NCBI GenBank assembly: GCA_951406725.2
Contig: OX597831.1
Coordinates: 1,860,001 to 1,924,000, forward strand
Direction of reading: 5' to 3'
DNA from: Octopus vulgaris
Taxonomy: Eukaryota
DNA length: 64,000 nt
Made by a program: the position numbers and the translations under genes. Below the pieces are notes generated by a model, which saw nothing but the letters and a program-made list of their open reading frames with translations, had not been told where the DNA came from and did not search any database. Shown piece by piece: positions 12,689-26,928 of the stretch. Every line of letters begins with the position of its first letter. Position 1 is the first letter of the stretch.

Positions 12689-13297
12689 CCCCACCTCCTT
12701 TCAGGGCAGCAAGCTAGCAGAATTGTTACCATGCAAGGCAAAAATGCTTCATCCATCTTTACATTCTGAGTTCAAATGATCCTGAGACTGATTTGCCTTT
12801 CATTTGATAAAATAAATACCACTTGTGCCAAAATTTGACACTAATGTTTCTATCTGTTTGTCTATTTATTGATATATCTGTCTACCAATATTTTTTTCTC
12901 TCTATTCTGCCAATGCAGTCAAGTCTTGAAACCTCCAACAACAACAAAACTAAAATGACGATGAAGATCATTCAACTACATTGATGTTATTGACCAAGAC
13001 ACATAATGTGAAACTGAGGCCCTTATCAAAGATAACAATGAACAGAGGTTCCTGGTGCTGCATAGTAAAATGCATCCTCAGTTTGTAGTTGTGTAAAATA
13101 GAAGTTGAACATTGATTTGGACTAAATAAAAACACATTGACATATCCATGTGTATTTTATCATTGTGAAATTCAGCCCAATGAGATAATTTTCAGCAGTC
13201 TGGAATGTGGATTAATCCAATAAATGGTGTTCTGATTTCACAACTCATCAGGATTTACTTGATGTTTGGAGAGGTAGATAAAGTGGTGCTATGTATA

Positions 13298-13893
13298 TAT
13301 TTCTTTACTGCCCACAAGGGGCTAAACACAGAGGGGACAAACAAGGACAGACAAAGGGATTAAGTCGATTACATCGACCCCAGTGCGTAACTGGAACTTT
13401 ATTTATCGACCCCGAAAGAATGAAAGGCAAAGTCGACTTTGGCGGAATTTGAACTCAGAACGTAACGACAGACGAAATACCTATTTCTTTACTACCCACA
13501 AGGGGCTAGACACAGAGGGGACAAACAAGGACAGACAAAGGGATTAAGTCGATTACATCGACACCAGTGCGAAACTGGTACTTTATTTATCGACCCCGAA
13601 AGGATGAAAGGCAAAGTTGACCTCGGTGGAATTTGAACTCAGAACGTAACGACAGACGAAATGACAGACGAAATACCTATTTCTTTATTACCCACAAGGG
13701 GACAAACAAGGACAGACATAGGTATTAAGTCGATTATATCGACCCCAGTGCAAAACTGGTACTTTATTTATCGACCCCGAAAGGATGAAAGGCAAAGTCG
13801 ACCTTGGCGGAATTTGAACTCAGAACGTAATGACAGGTAAAATACCTCTAAGCATTTCGCCCGGAGCACTAACGTTTCTGCCAGCTCCCCGCC
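13298..13893 (-). repeat. Tandem trimer of SINE family A (one head, three bodies)
   Basis: Three units of about 180 bp rejoined at gaaatac. Flanked by gtggtgctatgtata on both sides (TSD). Confidence 0.8.
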
Positions 13894-14283
13894 TTATAGT
13901 GGTGCTATGTATAGACACAGGGAATGGTCAGATGCGGAGTGTAGTTGTTAGTAGAATGGATAGAAACAGAGTGTAAATTTTAGAGGAATTGATAGATACA
14001 AGATGTAGGTGTTGATTCTATAGATGAAGTGTATTGATGTTAATTAGATAGACAAACATACCTTATCAATCAATGAATGAAGGAGCTGTAAATGTTCACT
14101 AAATTGCAATCACCTGGACAAAGACTGTGTTGGCTTCTGTTAACTTCTCTCGTGAGAACTGTGGTGTCCCAGGAAGAGGGTTACATGTTCCTAGATTTAT
14201 ACCTTGTCTATTATATCTACCATACCATTATATATTGCTATAAATGATCAGGGGAAACTCATGTCTTTATTATCTCCTTTCAG

Positions 14284-14359
14284 TTTTGAAACAGGAACTG
14301 ACCAGAAAAAAACAAATGAAGTTTTTGTGACAAATTCAAAAATATCAAAAATTCCTCAG
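14284..14359 (+). CDS. Small internal coding exon containing SKIP
   Basis: ctcctttcAG acceptor and GTAAAA donor. (S)FETGTDQKKTNEVFVTNSKISKIPQ, phase 2 to 0, compatible with both neighbouring exons. Confidence 0.65.
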
Positions 14360-15217
14360 GTAAAATCATTTCACTTTTGTTTTTTTAGACACTTCTTGAA
14401 GGAAATAATCTGGGGATGTTTACACAACTATGTTTGTGTTAGTGTGTGCAATGCACATGTGCACACATACGCATGCACTCACACATGCATACAAAGATGT
14501 GTAAACATATCACAGACAGAAGAGAAGTTTACATAAACCAGATGCAACAATTCCGGTTGGTAACATTTACATGTTATTCAGCCTAACAAAATCCCTTGTC
14601 CTGTTTTATGAGGGAGAAACCTTTTGATGACAGCTGCTAAGAGTTTTCAAACACTTCCAAAATTTAGTCTGTTTCAGATATCTCAAGGGCGACTATAAAC
14701 AGTAAATGCTATCTGGCTATGCCACTTCCCTAATTCTTATTAATAGTAGGTAGCTTACATATTGAAAACTGTTAGGCTGGAATTTTGAAAAAATTTTTTA
14801 CGAGGGACTCATCGATGGTGGTGAGTCTATAACGGGTGGGATGCTGTGTTTAGTTCCAAGGCAGAATTTACAAGTACTGAGAAAAATATAAAATCTTTAA
14901 TTTTACAAATTTGTAAGGCTTTTTTTTTATCTTTAACATGTTTCAGTCATTAGACTGTGGCCATGTTGGAGCACTGCCTTGAAGGGTTTTAGTCAAACAA
15001 ATTGACCCCAGTACTGATTTTTTTAAAGTCTACTACTTATTCTATTTATCTTATTCACTAAACTGCTAAGATATGGGGACACAAAAAAACCAACACTAGT
15101 TATCAAGCAACGGTGGAGACACACACATACAGATATTCTTTCAGTTTCCATTTACCAGATCCATTCACAAATCTTTGGTTGGCTTGGGGTTATAGTTGAA
15201 GATACTTGCCCTAGGTT

Positions 15218-15425
15218 CCTTGCAGTGGAGCTGAATCATGTGGTTGGTGACTTTTTACCACACAGCCGTGCTTACACCTTTCTGGTCCCTTGCAGTGGAG
15301 CTGAATCATGTGGTTGGTGACTTTTTACCACACAGCCGTGCTTACACCTTTCTGGTCCCTTGCAGTGGAGCTGAATCATGTGGTTGGTGACTTTTTACCA
15401 CACAGCCGTGCTTACACCTTTCTGG
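15218..15425 (+). repeat. Three tandem 70-bp units
   Basis: tgcagtggag recurs at 15221, 15291 and 15361 with essentially identical units covering a SINE head and its flank. Confidence 0.9.
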
Positions 15426-15484
15426 CCTTTCTCATTCTGATTCAATCCTGCCAAAGTCAGCTTTCGTTCTCCTAGGATTGATAC

Positions 15485-16200
15485 AAGAGTCAGCTGAGAA
15501 GTTCATAGGTTGACCAAAATACTCTCATGAAATATGACCAAATGAAATTTATTTTTCAACATAGTCCCCCTTGCAGTCCACACATTTCTTCCATCAGTGT
15601 TACAGTGCTTGGATCCCATTGGTGAAGAAGCTTTCATCTTGTTGGTCAAAAACATCATCAACAGCAGATATGACGTCATCATTCCTTCTTCTCAAGCCAC
15701 GCCTGGCTCACAGGGCTAGTTTCCCAGTTTCCTTGGCGTATAGGTTCCCCACCTGGACGGGATGCCGGTCCGTCGAAGGTGAGCTGCAAGATGCAGGAGG
15801 AAAGAGTGAGACAAAGTTGTGGCGAAAGAGTCAGCAGAAGTTCACCATTACCTTCTGCCGGAGCCGTGTGAAGCTTAGGTGTTTCGCTCATAAACACACA
15901 CATCACCCGGTCTGAGATTCGAACCCGCGATCCCTCGACCTTGAGTCTGCTGCTCTAACCACTAGGCCATGTGCCTCCATTTCATCATTGTTGCAATACT
16001 GGTTTCTAGCCAAGTGGGGTTTTTTCATATTGGGGAATAAATGAGAGTCAGGGAGGGTGATCAACCAGTTCAAAGCAACAGTTTATGCACAAAACCAGCA
16101 AAACCAAAGACGTGTGTGCTGGAGAATTATCCTGATAAAACAAGACTGCTTTCTTCAGTTTTCCTGTGTGTTTAGCCTTGATAGCCTGTCTCAACATTGC
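15485..16200. mobile_element. Mariner-like fragment interrupted by a SINE (about 15690-15980)
   Basis: Terminus gagtcagctgagaagttcatagg..ttttcaacatagtcccc resembles mariner ends; recognised by eye only. Confidence 0.4.
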
Positions 16201-17521
16201 AATGTCACTGTCCTACAAGCTGTGTCATTTGTTTCTAATTTTCCATGGAAACATGTCCAGCCATTATCTATTTCGAAGCAGTAGGATGGTTGGTCCCAGG
16301 AAGAGCATCTAGCTGTAGAAATTTGCCTCAATGAATCCCATCTGGCCTATGCAAGTCTGGAAAAGTGAACATTGAAATGATAATGACGATGCCAGAGAAA
16401 TAATTAACCCATTACAGGTTATAATTCAAGTACAAATATTATTTATACATTTTTACATTTACTTAGTTCCTAAGGACTCTTTGATTGTATTTCTCCTGTT
16501 ATATTATTTATTTTTATTTTATATAACAAAAGAAACACAAAAGTCTTTATAGTGTTATTTATATTAGATTTAAAAGCTCTGTTCTAAAAATGAGACACTG
16601 ACTATTAATGGGTTAATGAGTTGGAAGTGAAGATCAGCTTTTAGACCTAGCTGCATCTGTCCACAGTTGTTGTTGCTTAGACCTGTGAACAAAGGCATCA
16701 CGTCTGTGACAATACCTTCTTTAATAGAGGAGCATATATAAATATACACAGAGTTCAGACTTGGGGAGAGATAGGCTCTGCCTAGTTTAGAACAAATAAG
16801 ACCCACCATATTCCACAATCACAACACCTTCAAGAGTTAACACACATATGTATGTATATATATATATGCACTCACACACACACTTTATTTAATCCCCTCA
16901 TAGTCTGCCATAATCTACTTTGGTCCATAATTATCTACTGGGTTTCACAGCATTGAGCAGATGAGTGACATATCTCCAGGAGAGGTGGTCAGTCTGTTAT
17001 TGATAAGTTTTCACATGGGCAGAAAATAAACTCAGAACTCCGAGCTGACAAATTTAACAGCAGTTTCACTGTGCTGCCACTGCTTCCTGTACTGTTCTTG
17101 TTTAGCCCCAGGTCAGCCCCAATCCAACATATCTAATGATCAAATAGCCGTGACCGTCCCATTATTCTGTATATCTAGGAATGCGTTTTATGTTGTATTT
17201 CTTTTTTTCTGAAGTAAGGGTTTGATTTGAGGGAGAGTTGGCTGTTTATCTTAGCTGGTTGAGCTACTGTAGCATAGAGGTTCTCTTGGGTTAACCTTCG
17301 TAAACCTACTTAGCCCCCATAGGTAAACAATCCAAGTAAATTATTGGTTTTTAGAGAAGTTGTCATGTATTGAGGTAAGAAATAAATATTTCACTGCTTT
17401 CTTGTGCTTTTGTGTTTCCACAATCTTTTAAATTCTTTTATTATTTTTAATGTTGTTGTTGTTGTTTTTGTTGTTGCTTTCTCTTTGAAATAAAACAGTT
17501 ATTTCTCTTGTGCTTTCACAG

Positions 17522-18532
17522 CGGGATTCAGCAAGAACAAGGGTCTTGCTGTCTTCTGAAAAGGGGAAACCTCAACTACAGGAGGATCCGTCAAGACACA
17601 AGGACACAGCAGGGAAATTATCTTTCCCACCCAGCAGTCCCAACATCCCTAACAATAATTTCGACAGGGCTTCCATTTCCTCAAAGCCCCCTTCAGCTGA
17701 GATACTTATTAATTTCTCCCCAAATAGCAAGAATGGCAATGTGGATGAACCTCAGCCTACAGGAAGGAATCCATTCCGTTCTGGGAATTCTCAAATCCCT
17801 TCTCCATTGCAGAAGTCTCCTCCTTCCCAGATTCCTTCAGCACAGGTGACAGTCAATAAAGCTGGTCAACAAAATATTGCCAAAAACCACTCTCAGATCC
17901 GTGTGCCATCACAGATCCCATCTCTGCCACAAAATATGTCACCCACCCAGATCCCTACGCTCTCACAAAATTTGCCCCCAAGCAATATCCCTACTCCATC
18001 ACAGAGCTCCCCTCCCTCTCAAATCCCTTCTCTTTCACAAAATTCCCCTCCTTCTCTGATCCCTGCACCATCACAAAGCTCCTCTTCTACTCAAATCCCT
18101 GCATTTTCTCAGATACCCTCTCCCACATCAAATTCCAAAAATCCCTTTTACAATTCCAAAAACAGGGCTACAAACCCTTTTGCTAATGAAGACAACCAGA
18201 AAAGTCTTCCAAGATCTAAGAATCCGTTCGTCAGTCTGGCAAATGAGGAATCACAAAAGTCTAAGCTACCAGTTCTGAACACAACCAAACCTCAAGACCT
18301 TAATATTTCGGATAACCCTTCTCCTAAGAATTCTGACATGAATAGCCCAATAACAGCTGAACTTGATTCTATTGTCGCCACCCTTACCACTGCTGGAGAC
18401 AACAAGATGATGCCACCACCATCATCTTCCTCATCGGAGCCACAGAAAACTTCTGTTCACTCATCCGAGAGTTCTTCCGCTCCTCCCCCTGTCAGTCGAA
18501 TCGCCAAGCCTGCCAGTGATGTGGTTATCCAT
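17522..18532 (+). CDS. Large Ser/Pro-rich coding exon with 12-aa SxIP repeats and four NPF motifs
   Basis: Lies within the 406-aa ORF 17510-18730. tgctttcacAG acceptor, canonical GTAAGT donor at 18533, 1011 nt, phase 0 to 0. Confidence 0.85.
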
Positions 18533-20292
18533 GTAAGTTTCCTCATATCCATTCAGGTTGTCAAGTCTTTTCCAAACTGCTATGTTCATTTTCCACCCCC
18601 CTCAACTTCCTTCTTTTCCTTTCCTTATTCATTTGTACACTTCCTTGTCTTACCATTTTGTAGCATGGTTCTTCTAACGATAACATATAGCACTATTTCA
18701 CTCTTGTTCCAATTGTCTATTTCTAACTAACATGTCTCCAATTAAAACTAGCTGTAGCCTCCCTGTGCTGGTTATCTCCTTCCCTAATATTTATTAACCT
18801 ATTAAACAATTTACTCATCCAATGCCTGTGCATCTTGCTCTCCTTTCAACATTCTCACCCTCTTAATTAAACATTTGCTAATTTGCTCTACATAATGTTG
18901 TCTATGTCGTTATTGTTGTTGATATTGTTTAGCTCCAGTCAAACCCACACCAAGCAGACTTCTGGTCAAAAGCATCCCAACCATAACCTTCAAATTCTTT
19001 TGGTGGTGAGGGTGTTATTTAGGACTAATGTGTGGTCTTGCTTTCTTTTTTTTTAAGATGATGGGATGTGATTTAAGAGAGATTTGGCTGCTATCTAGCA
19101 GATCCAACAATCACAAAGAGGTTTTCATCTTTGGCTCTCCTGTTGCTTGTTGACTTTTTCCTTCTTGGAGGCATCTAACAAATTTGATTTGTTACATAGC
19201 TGACAAGGAGGAGAGAGAGAGAGAGAGAGATTTTTAGAACTGGAATGTTGTAGTACTGGAATGCATTAATGTATTGTTATGACACTGTTGTTGTGCTGCT
19301 GTAATGTGTTGTTGTGTTGGAATGTTTCGTTATTAATGTAGTACTGTATTGTGAGATGAATGAATTAAACCTTTGCATTCATAACATTTGTGTGGGGGAT
19401 AACATGACAAAAAAAAAAAACTTGAAAATCAGATTAGCAAGATAATTAGAAACTCCTGTTCAGAATAGAAACAAAAATGTTAAAATAGCAAAAAACATAA
19501 CAGAGAAGAGAAATCCCATACTGGTGGTGTTTAAGAAACTTCCTGTAATAGACAAAAGAACCATTGAAAAACCATTGTGGAAAGTTGGGGTAATCAAAGA
19601 GCTATTTATTTGTAATATTAAAGCAATAAACACTCTGACTTTGGTATAAATTTGGTAGGGTATCTCTTTCGGGTGTGAGTGTAACCCTTTTGATACCAAC
19701 TCACCCATGACCACCTCTGCTTCTATGATTCAAATTCTATTTGCTAAAGTGATCTGAATTAAAATCTTTCATTAAAATTCCATGTTAATTTATGTTCTAA
19801 ACATGAGGTTAATCCTTTTGATACTAATCTGCCTGAGACACACACACATACATGAGAGGCTTCTTTCAGTTTCCCTCTACCAAATCCACTCACAAGGCTT
19901 TTCCTCGGCTTACAACCAAGTTCCATTCTGACTGACCAGTCATAAGTCAATCTGGTCGTAAGTCACATTGGTCATAAGTCGAGAAGGTGTAATTGAAACA
20001 AAGGCAGTGTAGTTCAACAGAAATATGATAACAAAAGATTGAATATCCTTATATCTGATATATATTATCCGTCTGTTATATGGTGCTGTGGAAGTTAAGA
20101 ACATTAAAAGCATACATTTGGTTAAAAAAAGCTTCAGAGTTCAAACCCAGTTAAAGGATATGGCATTTGTTTAGGCATAGGGCATGTGAGAAGAGAGAAT
20201 TTAAGGAACAAATATGGGGGAATAGAAATATAATAGATGAAGTTAATATTTTGGAAAATGTTAAATATTTCTGTTTACTGATGCTCAAGGAA

Positions 20293-20327
<35 letters not shown>

Positions 20328-20330
<3 letters not shown>

Positions 20331-20696
20331 TATATAAAATCCGTTCTGTCTGTCTGTGTGTGTGGCTTCTAGGATCTCGGGCATCCTGCATCCGATTGCG
20401 CTCAAATTTGATATGTAGATACGACGGAATCAGGGCGTGTATAAGTCTTGAAAACAGTACAAAAATCAATTACAGGTGAGAATGCGATCGATAAAGCCGT
20501 GAGAAATCGTTTTTCTTTGGAATAGAAAAAAAGTCTATCTTTATTCCTTCTTTTGCTGGTGTCTCAAATGTAGGTTGAATCAGTGTTTCTCAAAGGGGGT
20601 GGCTATGGGACGGTCGGACAAGTTGTTTTGAGAAAATTTGGTTTAACTGTTTGACAACTCAGCACCGTCCATTGGCCGGTGGGGGGCGTTGTGCTC

Positions 20697-20697
<1 letters not shown>
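20328..20697 (+). mobile_element. Non-autonomous Helitron-like element in a (TA)n tract
   Basis: TC start, TATATAA followed by a (TCTG)n microsatellite, GC-rich subterminal segment, ends CTCG|T, no TSD. Confidence 0.5.
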
Positions 20698-20733
<36 letters not shown>

Positions 20734-22412
20734 GATGAATGCATGTTCGTCTTTTTATTTGAATTTTTTCCTGAGATTTCTAATGTCTTTTCTTCATCCT
20801 TTACATTCGAATTTTTTAAAAAGTCATATAGATATGAAAGCTTGTATTGAAATAATGTGTTGCTTGTCTGTCACAGCTAACATTGGCAACTATGTAAACC
20901 GAATTACAATAACCTTTTGCAATATGCAACAGAACATCTACAGCAGGACTGAACTCAAGGTCATTGGATTGGTTGTCCACTACCTTATACACTCAGCCAC
21001 TTCATGTTTACCCCTAGTGATATAACAAAGTCTCTAAGCAATAAACTATATATTTTCTTTCTTTTGGTCATAGATATTATACATTGTTCTGTTGTTTAAC
21101 TCTAAAGAGGCCTGATAGGTTAAACCTATGATCAAAGACATCCCAGCTATGACTATCCGGTCTTAAGGTGTGATTTGTGTAATTCTCAGCTCCCATCATG
21201 GTTCATGGAAGTTGTTTTTTAGCCCCAAGCTCAATCCTGACTGAGCAGACCTATGATCAATGACATTCCATTGGTGACCATCCTATCTTTTTAAGGTGTA
21301 TCTAGGACTACATTATAGCATGTGTCTTCTCTTTATTATAAGGGAAAAAGATATAATTTGTGATATATTTGGCTTCTATTTCAAGTAGGTTGAGTAACCT
21401 TGCTGAGGATCCTTAATTGTCTTATAAATGTTATACAAACTATGATGGTTGCTAATGGTATTATTTAACCCTGGGTCAGGCCTGAGTAAGCAGACCTATA
21501 ATCAAAGACATTCCAGCCACAATCATCTCTGTCTTTTTCTGACTTTGTGTACCTTACTCTTCTTTTTGTTTTAAGGGTATGATTTGGAGTAGGTTTGGCT
21601 GCTATTTCTAGCTGATTGCGCTACTTTGTAGTGCCTCCCTTATTAACTCATACATATCATGGGAGAAGGGTGTGGGAAGTAACCAGTTCTTAGCAACACA
21701 GTTAGAGAAGTAGACAGACAGACAGACAGAGAGCCACACAGGTATATGGACAGACAGACAGACACACACACACACACAGATAAAAAAAAAGGGGGGCTAT
21801 GCACTGGAAAGTATGGAAGGATGATTACCTTTGAACAAAAGTGAAGGGGGGGGTGGCCCTGTGTGGTCACATGATCACTTTTGCACTTCCCTCCATCCAC
21901 CCCCACTCTTTTTCTATTATTACCACATTCCACATTGGACATCAAAATAATCTTCAAATCATTAACCCATTATTAAACCTGGATGGATCTCTAACGAGGA
22001 AATTTGCATGCTTGATTAATTTTATTATGCTGTTGTTGCTTGTTTGTTTGTTATTGTTTTTATATCTTTGCTTGTTAACCCATTCTCTGCCTGTTTGAAA
22101 CTTTGCCTTTTGTTTTGGCTTATTTTTTTTATTTTTGTTTTCCCTTTTTGTGACTGTTTTTTTTTAAATTTATTTATATCTTTGCTTTAGCAATATTTTT
22201 TTTTTGTTTTGCTTTCTTTTAAAAAATATTTTGGGGATTATTTTTTTAATTCCACAGTTTCTAATGTCTTAAAAAAATCCTTTAGTTATCAAGTTGTATC
22301 AACTTATTAATTTAGAATTGCTTAACATAAATTAATTTGAATATATAATATGATTAATTGATGTGGATCCCCCGATCACAGATAATTCTGTGAACAGGGC
22401 AGTCACTTGTTT

Positions 22413-22480
<68 letters not shown>

Positions 22481-22483
<3 letters not shown>

Positions 22484-24502
22484 GGTGTCCACAAAAACAC
22501 TCCCTGATTTCTAACAGATATAACACGTAAACTTATTGTAATAATTTTTTACAGTTAGTAGCTTCAGATGCAGGATTTCATTCAGTTTCATGTAGTATAA
22601 GGGTAGCATTAAAAGCACCCAATGTGCGCCCCTCTGGTTGCTCAGAAAACATCAATATGATACTCCTGTTCGGTCCAGACGTTCAGCAGCGTATCTGGAG
22701 TTACCATGTGAACTGCTTCAGGGATTGAAATTTTGAGCTCCTCCAGGGTTGCAGGTGGTGGTGGTACGTAAACTGTGCTCTTCACGTACCCCCAAAGAAA
22801 GAAGTCACAACAGTTAGATCTGGTGACCTCGCAGGTCGCTTGCAGAACACCTAATCATTTCATCCAGCATGACCAATCCATCTGTTTGGCAAGTTCTCAG
22901 GGAGATGCCAGTGCTGTGGAACACCATCTTGCTGGAAAAGGTAGTCATAACCCTCAAGTAGCTAGTTGTGGAAACATGAAATTGGTCAGCACCTCCAGGT
23001 AACTTTGATCAGTAACAGTTCCTCCCTCAAAGAAGAAAGGGGGCCATACACTGTCCTCTCTGATACTGCACAAAACACATTAACTTTTGGTGAGTCTCGC
23101 TTAATTTCCTGGATATCACAGGAATATTCAAGCCTCCATATCTGTACATTATGCCTATTGACTTTACCATTCATCATCATCATCATTGTTTAACGTCTGT
23201 TTTCCATGCTAGCATGGGTTGGACGGTTCAACTGGGGTCTGGGAAGCCAGGAGGCTGTGCCAGGCTCCAGTCTGATCTGGCAGTGTTTCTACGGCTGGAT
23301 GCCCTTCCTAACGCCAACAACTCCGAGAGTGTAGTGGGTGCTTTTTATGTGCCACCTGCACAGGTGCCAGACGAGGCTGGCAAACGGCCATGATCGGATG
23401 GTGCTTTTTACGTGCCACCGGCACGGGGGCCAGGCGAGGCTGGCAACGGCCTCAAGTGAAATATTGCCTCATCACTGAAAATGATTTTTGACAGCAGGTT
23501 ATCATTATCTTCCATTAATTGCTGAATATTCTCACAAAATTCAAATCGCATTCCATTATTTTTCAGGTGGAGTTTTAGACTAACTGTAGCTTGTAAGGGT
23601 GAAACTTTAGGTGTTTGTCTAGGAGCTTGCAAACTGTTCTTTTGGGGAGGTGTAGTTCTCAGCTACCTCTTCATATTGACTTTTTGGGGCTGTGCACGAA
23701 TCTTCTTCTAACTCAATCAATAACTTCTGAGACTGATGGTCAGCCAGAATGTCCATTTCTCTTATCAAAGATACTCTTTTACTTGTTTCAGTCATTTGAC
23801 TGCGACCATGCTGGAGCACCGCCTTTAATCGAGCAACTCGACCCTAGGACTTATTCTTTTGTAAGCCCAGTACTTATTCTATCGGTCTCTTTTGCCGAAC
23901 CGCTAAGTAACGGGGGACATAAACACACCAGCATCGGTTGTCAAGCAATGCTAGGGGGGACAAACACAGACACACAAACACACACATGTATATACATATA
24001 TACGACGGGCTTCTTTTCAGTTTCCGTCTACCAAATCAACTCACAAGGATTTGGTCGGCCCGAGGCCATAGTAGAAGACACTTGCCCAAGGTGCCACGCA
24101 GTGGGACTGAACCCGGAACCATGTGGTTGGTAAACAAGCTACTTACCACACAGCCACTCCTGTGTGGGAAGTACATCCTTTCTGACGAAAACTGTTGTAC
24201 CATTTCCGAATGGACTTGGGTGTAGGTGGAATTGTATCTTACTTGAGTCTGAAAGCATGTTGCACAGCCACAATATTGTTTGATCTTGTAAATTCCAGTA
24301 CACACCAGCTGCATTGCTGTGGGGTGGCAACCATTTTTAGATTTCCTTGCACCCCTGTGGTTTTCAGGTCAAAGATGTCTAATCACCTGAAAAAACTGAA
24401 ATAATGTTGCTAGAGAATCAGTTCACAACATGTTTGTTAATATATTTGAATCAGATTAAATATCATAACATCATGAAATCATGGAGTGTTTTTGTGGATA
24501 CC

Positions 24503-24505
<3 letters not shown>
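22481..24505 (-). mobile_element. Degenerate Tc1/mariner transposon (maT/rosa-like) with TIRs and nested retroposons
   Basis: TIRs CAGGGTGTCCACAAAAACACTCC / GGAGTGTTTTTGTGGATACCCTG in a TA tract. Transposase remnants IIFSDEAIFHL, DSPKVNVFCAVS, ARSPDLT and DFFLWGYVK. Confidence 0.85.
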
Positions 24506-24540
<35 letters not shown>

Positions 24541-24669
24541 TATTTTTATTAAAGCTGCAAAAATATCACATTGTGATGTTTTTGCAGCTTTAATAAAAAA
24601 AAAGACATATTACTCTACCTTCGGTATTTGAGTACTGTTTTTTTCCACCTTATTTTGTATTTATGTGCT

Positions 24670-24693
24670 TGTGTGTGTGTATGTATATATGTG

Positions 24694-24738
<45 letters not shown>

Positions 24739-25148
24739 GTGTGTGTGTGTGTGTACATGTATATATATATATATATGTGTGTACATGTATATATATATAT
24801 ATATGTGTGTACATGTATATATATATATATATATATGTGTACATGTATATATATATATATATGTGTACATGTATATATATATATATGTGTGTACATGTAT
24901 ATATATGTGCATGTATATATGCATGTATATATCTACATGTTTATATGTATATATATGTACATGTATATATGTATATATATACACGTATATATGTATATAT
25001 ATATATATACATGTATATATATATATACACGTATATATATGTATATGTATATATATATACACGTATATATGTATATATATATGTGTACACTATATATGTT
25101 ATATATATATATATATATATGTACATGTATATATGTATATTCTATATG

Positions 25149-25185
<37 letters not shown>

Positions 25186-25190
25186 ATATA
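24670..25190. repeat. Compound (TA)n/(TG)n/TACATG microsatellite
   Basis: Directly visible. It is the source of many spurious YIYI/VCVC ORFs. Confidence 0.95.
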
Positions 25191-25899
25191 TTGGCTCATC
25201 CCATAAATGTAGTTTTTTCAATTGCATGAACTAGAAGTCAGAGAGGAACAGGATAAACTATCTGCATCAACTTGCTATAAAAGCAAGTAGTAATTCTACT
25301 TTGTATTTATTCTTAGAGCAAGTTTTGAAGAATGCAGTTCGATTTTTAACAATTATTTTTTCAAAGCTATAATGATGATATCTTTGGTGATTAGAAGAAG
25401 AAAGACATCCAACATGAAAGGGAAAAGACTTACTGCAGCAAACATTTGCATGGCAGATTCTTTATAGCTACCAATGAGTTTGAAGGAGAGAAGAGGTAGA
25501 ACTAGGCGGGAGCTGGCTGAAACGTTAGTGCGCGGGGCGAAATGCGTAGCTGTATTTCATCTGCCGTTATGTTCTGAGTTCAAATACCGCCGAGGTCGAC
25601 TTTGCCTTTCATCCTTTCGAGGTCGATAAATTAAGTACCAGTTTCGCACTGGGGTCGATGTAATCAACTTTAATCCCTTTGTCTGTCCTTGTTTGTTCCC
25701 TCTGTGTTTAGCCCCTTGTGGGTAGTAAAGAAATAGGTATTTCGTCAGCTGTTACGTTCTGAGTTCAAATTCCGCTAAGGTCGACCTTGCCTTTCATCCT
25801 TTCAGGGTCGATAAATTAAGTACCAGTTACACACTGGGGTCAATGTAATCAACTTAATCCCTTTGTCTGTCCTTGTGGGTAGTAAAGAAATAGGTAGAA

Positions 25900-26660
25900 C
25901 TGGTGGAAGAAAAACGGCCTGAAGAAGAGAGAGACTGAAGGAATGATTATTGGCTGCACAGGAACAAGAATTGCGAATGGGAAACATCAGGAAAATCACT
26001 GGCAAAGAGTGACATTGGCAGGAAGTGTAGGATGCACAGTGAAAGAGAAGAAATGATTGCACACATAGTTTCAGAAGGAATATAAGATCTGGAAACATGA
26101 TAGGGTGGCAAGTGTTGTGCATTAGAAAGTCTGTAAGGAATACAGCTGCCCTTCTGATGAAAAGTGGTATGACCACAAGGTAGAGAAGGTGCTGGAGAAT
26201 GAAAATACAAAGATCCTGTGGGATTGTAAATTGCTGACAGATAAGGTCATGGGGCACCCTCAGCTCGAGGTTGTTATCTTTTACAGAACATCTCATGAAT
26301 GTATGATGTTCTTTTAGTATTAGAGTGAAAGAGAAAGAACAGAAAAAGCTTGATGAGTAAAATGATTTGAGATACAAGATTGGGTTGCCATGGAAATGTA
26401 AGAGTGTAAAGGCAGCGCCACTTGTCACCAGTACATTGGGCACCATAAGCAGAAATTTCGAAAAATTAGGGGAACATCTTGGTTGAGATTATAAACTTTT
26501 CCGTTATGCAGAAAACCAGTTTATTAGCGACAACAAGAATCTTTAGAAAATGTGCTGGATATCTAAGGCCACGGGATGTGACTTGCTATTCAACTGAATG
26601 AACCGACATAACAGCTCAGACCAAGAGATAACGATAATTAATAATAATAATAATAACAAC
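25900..26660 (+). mobile_element. R4/Dong-like (RLE) non-LTR retrotransposon 3' remnant
   Basis: Frameshifted motifs AAQEQ, IAHIVS, KWYDHKVEKVLENENTKILWD and STLGTI. Ends in (TAA)n. Confidence 0.7.
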
Positions 26661-26928
26661 AATGGTTTCCAACTTTGGCACAAGGCCAGCAATTTTAGGG
26701 TGGGGGTTAAGTCAGTTATATTATTTTATCGACCCCAAAATGATGAAAGGTAAAGTCAAACTTAACAGAATTTGAGCTGAATTAAATTCTGCTAAGTACT
26801 TAGCCCAGTGCACTAATGATTGTGCCAGTTTGTCAATTAAATAATAATATTAATTGTTATAGTAATTGTGATAATAATGTTGATGATGACAATAAACTAA
26901 AAATTGTTTGTGTATGTTTATTTGACAG

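Noticed and set aside
12919-13050. Possible exon after tgcAG
   Set aside because: All three frames hit stops before a donor.
15218-15425. Regularly spaced repeats as a CRISPR-like array
   Set aside because: The units are identical with no unique spacers. This is a simple tandem duplication in eukaryotic DNA.
24628-25234. Long YIYI/VCVC ORFs here and throughout the ORF track
   Set aside because: They are translations of (TA)n/(TG)n microsatellites.
25802-26446. 214-aa - strand ORF
   Set aside because: Antisense shadow of the R4/Dong-like remnant.
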